From Hormiphora californensis (taxonomy: Eukaryota > Animalia > Ctenophora): a stretch of 64,000 bases of DNA. A program made the translations under genes and the position numbers. The notes below the pieces were generated by a model. The model did no database searches. It saw nothing but the letters and a program-made list of their open reading frames with translations, and was not told the DNA's origin. Shown here piece after piece: positions 56,982 to 64,000 of this stretch. Numbering within the stretch: the stretch's first letter is position 1; each line of letters starts with the position of its first letter. Location: the NCBI GenBank assembly GCA_020137815.1, contig CM035355.1, positions 2,418,001 through 2,482,000 on the forward strand, in the 5' to 3' direction.

Positions 56982-59909
56982 ATGAGTACTAACACCCGTA
57001 AACCAAGGAAGGTCTGGTCTAAGCAAGAGAACCTAGACTTGGTGTACTGCTACTACAGCAGCAACCCAGGCACATCCGGATCCTGGAAGAGGCTCGAACG
57101 CCTATGGGAAGACAAGGGACACGACCCATTAACAGGTGCCAAACTCTCAAGCCAGTTCAGATCAATAGAGAAATCTGGACACATGGTAACACCGCAGGAG
57201 ATGGCTGATCAGCGAATGCTAGCAGGGCTAGCAGCATCTGGCCTAAATATACTCCCGGAAGTGGATCTCACGGTGAATGATAACACTGCGGGTCCGAGTA
57301 CCTCGGCAAATGGGGACACCACCGATCCCCCACCACCACCCCCCACTAGAGCGCCACGAACAAAATGGACCACAGAAATGAACATTACGCTCGTGTTCAT
57401 CCACTCGTACTCACAACCTGACAAAAGAGGAGTATGGAACCGAGTGGAGGAAAGGTGGTCAAAGACAACCTACCCTTCCAAGACTGATGACCAGCTTAGA
57501 TCCCAACTGAGATCTATAACTCAGTCGGGACTCCTTTCACCACAGAAGCTGATGGAAATCAGAACAGCGGCCGTAGCCGACCGTGAAGCAATTGAATCGG
57601 CACGACAGGCTGTGGTAGAGGACAACCCACCCCCAGAAACCATTGAACCCCCCACAAACCCAGTGGAAGAGGAAGGGCCATCACCGAACCAGGAAATCAG
57701 GGAGCAGTTCAAGAAACTACTTGAGGAACCAAGCTCTATCAAAGTCACCGACCTGAGACAGGTCCCCTGGGGGAAGCTACGAGTGGCAATTGACCGACTC
57801 AGCCCGGTAATCAAGTCCTTTGAAACCCCAGACCTTACCGCACTGAACACGCTACTGATGGCCGTAGCCCATGTGGTCCGAGAACAGATGGGCGTTAAGG
57901 CACCAAGCGAACCCACCAACAACACCCCCAGAAGGAATAAACAACCTATGTGGCTGCGACGACTCGAAGAGAGTGTCGCCAAGCTTCGCTCAGACCTCTC
58001 CAGGCTGACCGAAATGAGCAGAGGTGCCACCCACAAGTTCCAAACTATAGATATTATCTATAGAAGATACCCGCTGCTGCCCAAGAAGGGCTATAAACAA
58101 GTTATAGAAGAAGTGAAGCAGAGACTGCTAGCGAAGGCCGGAAAGATTAAGAGATACAAGAAGAAGCAGCAGACATTCGTTGACAACAACTTGTTCCAGA
58201 ACAACCAACGAAACTTTTACCGGAAACTGGAGAAACGTGGATCGGACCCCACGCCACTCGATTGTACTCCAGAAGACCAGACCAGGACGCTTAACTTCTG
58301 GAAAAATATCTGGGAAAACGAGGCTGGTCATAACACTGAAGCAGAATGGCTAGACGGAGTCCAGGAGAACTTTGAAACAGTCAGGCAACAGGAAGAGTTT
58401 CAGATCACCACGGAAAGAGTTGCAGCTCGGGTGAAAGGAATGACCAACTGGTCAACCCCAGGTATAGATGGTCTCCACGCCTTCTGGATTAAACACACGA
58501 CTTGCCTCCATGGTAGGATAGCTGAGCTACTTAATGAAAGTCTCATTACGAGTCAAGTCCCGGCATGGATGACTGAAGGCAGGACCTTCCTCCTGATTAA
58601 AGACCCCAAGAAGGGTATGTCAAACCCGGGAAACTTTAGACCCATAACCTGCCTTCCGAACCTCTGGAAGCTGTATACAGGAATATTATCAGAAGACATC
58701 TACCAGCACCTCGATGTAAACGGGCTCTTTCCGGAAGAGCAGAAGGGGTGCCGCAAAAAGAGTCGAGGATGTAAAGAACAACTAGCAATTGACAAACTTA
58801 TCCTACGTCATTGCAAACGCTCAAAGTCTTCCTTGTATATGGCTTTCATAGACTACCAGAAGGCATACGACTCGATCCCCCACTCCTGGATCCTTAAGTC
58901 AATGGAGATGTGCGGGATAAACCCTCAGATAATCCGACTATTCGAGTCATCATTCCAGCAGTGTATTGTCAACATCGTCCAATCTGGGTCAGACTTAGGT
59001 AAAATACACATCAAGAGAGGCCTCTTCCAAGGAGACTCCGTCTCCCCTATTCACTTTATTATAGGCCTGATCCCCCTGTCCATGCTCCTAGCTGCCCAAG
59101 GAAGAGGCTACACCATATCTAACCCAGTAGCTCCAGATCCAGATATTAGTATTAACCACCGCCTATACATGGACGATCTTAAGCTGTATGCCAGCTCGAA
59201 AGAGGACCTTCAGCAGCTCTTAGCAGTCACTGAGAAGTTTAGCACTGACATCAACATGTCCTTTGGTCTATCCAAGTGCGGAGCTCTAGACATTGTGGAC
59301 GGAGTCAGAAGTCGGATGCAGGGAATAAGCCTACCCAGTGGAGACAGAATACCCGAGGTGGAAGATGGAGGCTATAAGTACCTCGGCATCCTGGAGGTTG
59401 ACCGTATTCTTCATCAAGAAATGAAAGCTAAGGTCAAAGCCGAATACACCCGAAGAGTCAAGAAACTACTGTCCGCGAGCCTGCAAGGCAAGAACCTCAT
59501 CACAGCAATCAACACATGGGCAATACCTGTGATCCGTTACGGTGCCGGAATACTGGACTGGTCCACTTCCGAAGCCAGTGGACTAGACATGATGACTAGG
59601 AAGATCCTGAGAAGAGGAGTCATCAAGAGCAACAGTGACATTGACCGGCTGTATGTTAGCAGGAAATTGGGAGGAAGGGGTCTCCAACGGATTGAAGATG
59701 TCATTGTGAAGGAAGAGACAGGACTCGTGACATTCTTCACCAATTCCGCGGACCCCAAGATCCGTGCCCTCCACACGGCGATGCAGTCTGAAGATATGCT
59801 GGCTGGACCTCCAGAAGACGCAGAAGCCCTGAAGGAAAGACTACAGACGGAACTTATAGAGAAATGGAAAAACAAAGTCTTACATGGAAGATTCCTGAAG
59901 CAACTTTAA
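56982..59909 (+). CDS. Reverse transcriptase ORF with two N-terminal Myb-like repeats, C-terminally truncated
   Basis: PGIDG, FRPITCL, EQKGC, FIDYQKAYDSIPH, RGLFQGDSVSP, YMDDLK, YKYLG, LYVSRKLGGRGL; ends at LHGRFLKQL. Confidence 0.93.
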   Translation: MSTNTRKPRKVWSKQENLDLVYCYYSSNPGTSGSWKRLERLWEDKGHDPLTGAKLSSQFRSIEKSGHMVTPQEMADQRMLAGLAASGLNILPEVDLTVNDNTAGPSTSANGDTTDPPPPPPTRAPRTKWTTEMNITLVFIHSYSQPDKRGVWNRVEERWSKTTYPSKTDDQLRSQLRSITQSGLLSPQKLMEIRTAAVADREAIESARQAVVEDNPPPETIEPPTNPVEEEGPSPNQEIREQFKKLLEEPSSIKVTDLRQVPWGKLRVAIDRLSPVIKSFETPDLTALNTLLMAVAHVVREQMGVKAPSEPTNNTPRRNKQPMWLRRLEESVAKLRSDLSRLTEMSRGATHKFQTIDIIYRRYPLLPKKGYKQVIEEVKQRLLAKAGKIKRYKKKQQTFVDNNLFQNNQRNFYRKLEKRGSDPTPLDCTPEDQTRTLNFWKNIWENEAGHNTEAEWLDGVQENFETVRQQEEFQITTERVAARVKGMTNWSTPGIDGLHAFWIKHTTCLHGRIAELLNESLITSQVPAWMTEGRTFLLIKDPKKGMSNPGNFRPITCLPNLWKLYTGILSEDIYQHLDVNGLFPEEQKGCRKKSRGCKEQLAIDKLILRHCKRSKSSLYMAFIDYQKAYDSIPHSWILKSMEMCGINPQIIRLFESSFQQCIVNIVQSGSDLGKIHIKRGLFQGDSVSPIHFIIGLIPLSMLLAAQGRGYTISNPVAPDPDISINHRLYMDDLKLYASSKEDLQQLLAVTEKFSTDINMSFGLSKCGALDIVDGVRSRMQGISLPSGDRIPEVEDGGYKYLGILEVDRILHQEMKAKVKAEYTRRVKKLLSASLQGKNLITAINTWAIPVIRYGAGILDWSTSEASGLDMMTRKILRRGVIKSNSDIDRLYVSRKLGGRGLQRIEDVIVKEETGLVTFFTNSADPKIRALHTAMQSEDMLAGPPEDAEALKERLQTELIEKWKNKVLHGRFLKQL

Positions 59910-60047
59910 ACAAATTAATTTGAGGTGTACGTATGTAAAGAGCGCCGTACACCACCCACAGTAAGCTCTCTCAAGAAGAAGATCATCAACTACGTGAGTT
60001 AGTCACTCTGAAGTTCGGACCACGCCACCCTCAGCCACATCATCATC

Positions 60048-61940
60048 ATGGGCCCTAACACCGTCAGTCCGGCAGGACGTGTTTTAGGTGGATTGTTAGC
60101 TGTGGCAGAGAAGCTGAAAGACAAGAAGCAAGCTGATGCAGTGAAGTCAGTGATAACGCTTTTTCAACCAGGGAAGACTGCGGCAGAGAATGCCAACAAA
60201 GTGACTACAGTAGGGAGACCAAACCTGAACGATTGCAGTACATTCTTAGGAATAGACGCACTGTACTCAAAGGGCAACAAAGCGTTTTCAAACAAGGATC
60301 AACTAGCGAAGAGGATAGTAAGGGAACTAAACATATTGATAGGAGCATCAGAATGCCTGGAATGTGGAGAAAAATTCACCTTCCAGCGCGGGAGGAGAGA
60401 GCTACTGAGATGCTTCCTATGCAGCCAGCCCTCTCATGACTGTGAGAAAGTTGTGGGAGTGATCGAGTCTAGGGATGAGGATGGTATGCTGTTCCTGACC
60501 TCGGACGTCTGGCTATGCAGCGCGTGTTTCATACCAAAGGTGGTGGAGACAGTGAGCAGCCGAGCTTCACTACGAAACACCCCAGCCCGGGTGAAAGGGA
60601 TATCCAGACTGCCAGTGGGTTCCCCGAAGACCCCAATGGCCAGTCAGACGGAAATGAAGGATACCAGTGACAATTCCATGCAATTTCCGTCGCCGCGAGA
60701 TCTGGATGTGACACAGCAACTTCAGGAGGCGGCTGAGGAGAGGGAAACCGACGTTGAAGACGTAGAAAAGGGAAAAGCAACAGAAAACGAGGAAGAAGAG
60801 GAAGAAGAACTGGAAGAAGGAGAGATAAAGCAAGAACATACGAGTAGCACGGACGTGAAGTCAGAGGAATTAACCGCAGCGTTGCAGGAAGTTGAACGTA
60901 AGCAGAAAGAGGAGGAGAAGTTTCCGAACACGGCTTCAACAACATGCCCCCGTATGAAGACTGGGGCCTGCCCGCACGGCTTGCGGGGAAAGAAGGCAGC
61001 AGAGGGGATACCGAGCTGTCCAAACTTTCACCCTAAAATATGCAAGAAGTTTTCTAGGAGTGGACCTGGAAAAGATGGATGTGACCAGGGAGAAAAGTGC
61101 AACAAATTACACAAGACGAGGTGCCCCGCTGGACTGGAAGCATCACGATGTGTAGACCAAACATGTAAGCTTTTACACCACCTTGGCACAGTCAGAGCTT
61201 GGAACGAGAAAAAGCAGGAGAAGAATGAAGTAAAGATAGCAGTAGGGGCACAAGGAGAAGAGTCCTATAGAAGAGAGCCAGCAAAGAACGAGGCAGGTGA
61301 ACGGGGCCACCGATGGAGACCCCAGAGCGAGCAAGCAAAACAGAAGGCAGAGAAACCATCTGGAAGGAAGCAAGCTCCAGAACTGCGAGGTAATCGTGAG
61401 ACCTCAGCTAGGGGGCAGTCAAACCAAAGAGGCAGACAGCAAACCCGACACACTCCCTGGCAGACGAACGGTAGAACGGGAGACAGGAGCAGAGGAAGAC
61501 CGAAAGAGAGATGGGACAGGGGAAGGGGCGGTACTAATGACAAGTACAGGCCTCAGAGGAGAGTGACGCCTGTAAGAAACGACAGAAGCTGGTGGAAAGG
61601 GGACAGGTGCCGCAACAACGACGAATTCAGGCATTTTAGGCGAGACACACCTGAAAGGAACGGCAGAAGTTGGAGGAAAGGTCCTCACTGGGATGAGCCG
61701 GAAAGAAGATGGGATAAAGATAGGAATGAAAACAACAGATGGACTCCAGCATGGAGCAGAAAGAATGAGGAACAAGGGGAGCCTTTTTTAGACCCGCGCT
61801 CCATTCTGGAGCGACTAATGGAAATGGAACAGATGATGAGGAGGAGCCTCAGGATAGGAGACCAGGAAATGGAGGACAGGCAACTGGACAGGGACAGGGG
61901 AGGATGGAGGAGAGGAAACCAGTGGGCGGGATCATATTAA
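60048..61940 (+). CDS. LINE ORF1 protein (PHD-like finger, acidic tract, CCCH-like fingers, R/W-rich tail)
   Basis: CLEC...CFLC...HDC...WLCSAC; CPRMKTGACPH, CPNFHPKIC..C..CNKLH. Confidence 0.85.
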   Translation: MGPNTVSPAGRVLGGLLAVAEKLKDKKQADAVKSVITLFQPGKTAAENANKVTTVGRPNLNDCSTFLGIDALYSKGNKAFSNKDQLAKRIVRELNILIGASECLECGEKFTFQRGRRELLRCFLCSQPSHDCEKVVGVIESRDEDGMLFLTSDVWLCSACFIPKVVETVSSRASLRNTPARVKGISRLPVGSPKTPMASQTEMKDTSDNSMQFPSPRDLDVTQQLQEAAEERETDVEDVEKGKATENEEEEEEELEEGEIKQEHTSSTDVKSEELTAALQEVERKQKEEEKFPNTASTTCPRMKTGACPHGLRGKKAAEGIPSCPNFHPKICKKFSRSGPGKDGCDQGEKCNKLHKTRCPAGLEASRCVDQTCKLLHHLGTVRAWNEKKQEKNEVKIAVGAQGEESYRREPAKNEAGERGHRWRPQSEQAKQKAEKPSGRKQAPELRGNRETSARGQSNQRGRQQTRHTPWQTNGRTGDRSRGRPKERWDRGRGGTNDKYRPQRRVTPVRNDRSWWKGDRCRNNDEFRHFRRDTPERNGRSWRKGPHWDEPERRWDKDRNENNRWTPAWSRKNEEQGEPFLDPRSILERLMEMEQMMRRSLRIGDQEMEDRQLDRDRGGWRRGNQWAGSY

Positions 61941-64000
61941 ACATGCAGTCAGCAAACCCAGGGGCCAGGAGCAGCTGCTCTTGGAAAATTGGAGCCTTAA
62001 AGGGGATAGTGGATGCTAGTCCGTTCAAGATTCCTTTTATTGCTCTAACAGAAACCTGGTTGCGAGACGGGATCGAGGATAAGCAGATCTCGTTAGGAGA
62101 AGAATATGTTATTAACCGCAGGGATAGGGATGGCAGGACGGGAGGAGGAGTGGTTTTATACACCCACCAAAGCTTACCAGTAGAAAACGTGGTAACGTTA
62201 GATAACGATCACTGCCAACTACTGATATGCACGGCACCAACACCTAAATGGATCATAGGGGTAGTTTACAGGGCCCCTTCGGCAACGGTGGGAAACTTCA
62301 AGGCAGTCTTGGACCGGATCGAAAAGTACATTCAGGGGATGGACGGTTATGTGGTCTGCATTATGGGAGACTTCAACACCCCAGGTATAGAATGGGACCC
62401 ACCTAGGACTGTGGTGCCGACGGCTACCAAAACAGAGGAGGCGCTGATGAGTTTCACAGAACAGACACTCCTCTCGCAGTATGTGGATGGACCAACGAGG
62501 GGGAACAACATACTAGATCTGTTCTTTACTAACTCAGACAGGGTAGTAGCCGATGTACAAGCGAGGGATACTGAGATATCGGACCATCGGATAGTAGAAA
62601 TTTTGTTCGCTTATGACCCTTGTATGAAACGTCCAGAGGCCGCACAGATCAGCTTGGAGACGGATGATTTTAGGGCGCTTGACCTAAGCAAGGCAGACTT
62701 TGAAAAGATTTCAGCGGAAATCAAGGAACATGACTGGGAGGAAATTTATGAGAGAAGTGGAGCAGAAAAGTTTCCAGAGGAGTTTCGACGGATCTTGTAC
62801 AAAGCTGCAGCCAAGTACAGTCCAAAGAAGAAACTGGGGAAGAAGAGGAGCAGTAGACTGAAACTACTGTCGCGAAAGAAAAGAGCAGTACAGGATAAGT
62901 TGACACAAGTCCTGGATAAAGGGGATGCCCCGATAGAACAGATTCAAGCACTGGAAACTAGGTTAGGAGACCTACATTGGATGATAAGGGAGGAAGTGAT
63001 AGAGAGTCGGCGCAGAAAGGAAAGAGGAGCAGTGGAGAATATACAAGAGAACAACAAGGCCTTCTATAGCTATGCAAAGAGGTTCGCTGGAGACGACAGC
63101 GGAATCGCAGTACTGAATGACAAAGAGGGAAACCTTTGCTCAGAACCAAGTGACATAGCAAACATCCTGGCTGAGCAATTCGAATCGGTGTTTAGTGTAC
63201 CCAGAGAGGACGCTGAAGTAGACATAGAAGAGAGTAACTGCAAGCAGGGAGATGAAGAGCTAGAGTTTACACGGGCAGAGTTAGCAGAGGCGCTTATGGA
63301 TATTAAGAAAGGAGCGGCATCGGGACCAGACGGAATTCCGGCGGACCTTCTGAGGGCGTGTGCAGAAGCAGTGAGCAGCCCTCTACACCTTATGTGGAAG
63401 CGCTCGCTCCAGGAAGGTAGGGTTCCAGAAACTTATAAGAACTCTATCATCGTGCCTCTGTACAAAAAGGGAAGTAGGGCGAAGGCAGAGAACTACAGAC
63501 CCGTGTCATTGACTGACCATGTAGGGAAAGCCTTTGAGAGGATTGTGAGGAAAAGACTGGTCAAGTACTTTGAATCCAATGGCCTCTTCCTGGACATACA
63601 GCACGGTTTCAGGAGGCGCAGAAGCACACTTACACAGCTCATACAGCATTTTGACGAGGTATTTGAGAATTGTCTGGACAATGCGGACACTGATTCCATC
63701 TATCTCGATTACGCCAAAGCATTCGATAAGGTGGATCACGGCATACTGCTGAAGAAACTACGAAAGTACGGTGTAAATGAAAAGCTGGTGAAATGGATTG
63801 AGTCGTTTCTGAGTGGAAGGAGGCAGAGAGTAGCGGTAAATGGTGTCAAGTCGCTAGTGGCACTAGTGAGAAGCGGGGTTATCCAGGGGTCAGTACTAGG
63901 ACCCATTCTCTTTATAATATACATCACAGACATAGCATCCGTCGTGAAAGGCAGTTCAATAAGGTGTTTTGCTGATGATACCCGCCTATTGAAGAGTATA
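61904..64000 (+). CDS. LINE ORF2 (AP endonuclease plus RT), open to the window end; absent from the ORF track
   Basis: IALTETW, RRDR..GGGV, VYRAP, MGDFN, PTRGNNILDL, SDH, GPDGIP, NYRPVSLT, QHGFR, YLDYAKAFDKVDH, SGVIQGSVLGPILF, FADD. Confidence 0.93.
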   Translation, partial: MEERKPVGGIILNMQSANPGARSSCSWKIGALKGIVDASPFKIPFIALTETWLRDGIEDKQISLGEEYVINRRDRDGRTGGGVVLYTHQSLPVENVVTLDNDHCQLLICTAPTPKWIIGVVYRAPSATVGNFKAVLDRIEKYIQGMDGYVVCIMGDFNTPGIEWDPPRTVVPTATKTEEALMSFTEQTLLSQYVDGPTRGNNILDLFFTNSDRVVADVQARDTEISDHRIVEILFAYDPCMKRPEAAQISLETDDFRALDLSKADFEKISAEIKEHDWEEIYERSGAEKFPEEFRRILYKAAAKYSPKKKLGKKRSSRLKLLSRKKRAVQDKLTQVLDKGDAPIEQIQALETRLGDLHWMIREEVIESRRRKERGAVENIQENNKAFYSYAKRFAGDDSGIAVLNDKEGNLCSEPSDIANILAEQFESVFSVPREDAEVDIEESNCKQGDEELEFTRAELAEALMDIKKGAASGPDGIPADLLRACAEAVSSPLHLMWKRSLQEGRVPETYKNSIIVPLYKKGSRAKAENYRPVSLTDHVGKAFERIVRKRLVKYFESNGLFLDIQHGFRRRRSTLTQLIQHFDEVFENCLDNADTDSIYLDYAKAFDKVDHGILLKKLRKYGVNEKLVKWIESFLSGRRQRVAVNGVKSLVALVRSGVIQGSVLGPILFIIYITDIASVVKGSSIRCFADDTRLLKSI

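Larger units (their letters stand above)
59910..64000 (+). mobile_element. CR1/L2-group LINE nested in the R4-like element, running off the window end
   Basis: Short 5' UTR, then ORF1, then an overlapping APE-RT ORF2. Confidence 0.88.

Overview
Intron-rich animal genomic DNA. The short interspersed repeats resemble ones I recall from the ctenophore Pleurobrachia; this is recollection, not verified. Six spliced genes were reconstructed by hand: gamma-glutamyltranspeptidase (-), a class A GPCR (-), an arthropod-Hex1-like GH20 hexosaminidase (+), a fungal-type sensor/protoglobin single-domain globin ending in a CaaX box (-), a divergent anoctamin (-) and an M28B glutamate-carboxypeptidase-like peptidase (+). 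Introns and intergenic DNA hold MITEs of several superfamilies, two large foldbacks, satellites and tandem repeats that span splice sites. The last 12 kb hold a deleted Ty3/gypsy LTR element and an R4/Dong-like non-LTR element interrupted by a CR1-like LINE. The R4/Dong-like element begins with an HDV-like ribozyme exactly at the edge of a (GA)n tract. Four +1 single-base frameshifts in otherwise intact genes, plus garbled microsatellites, suggest an imperfectly polished long-read assembly.
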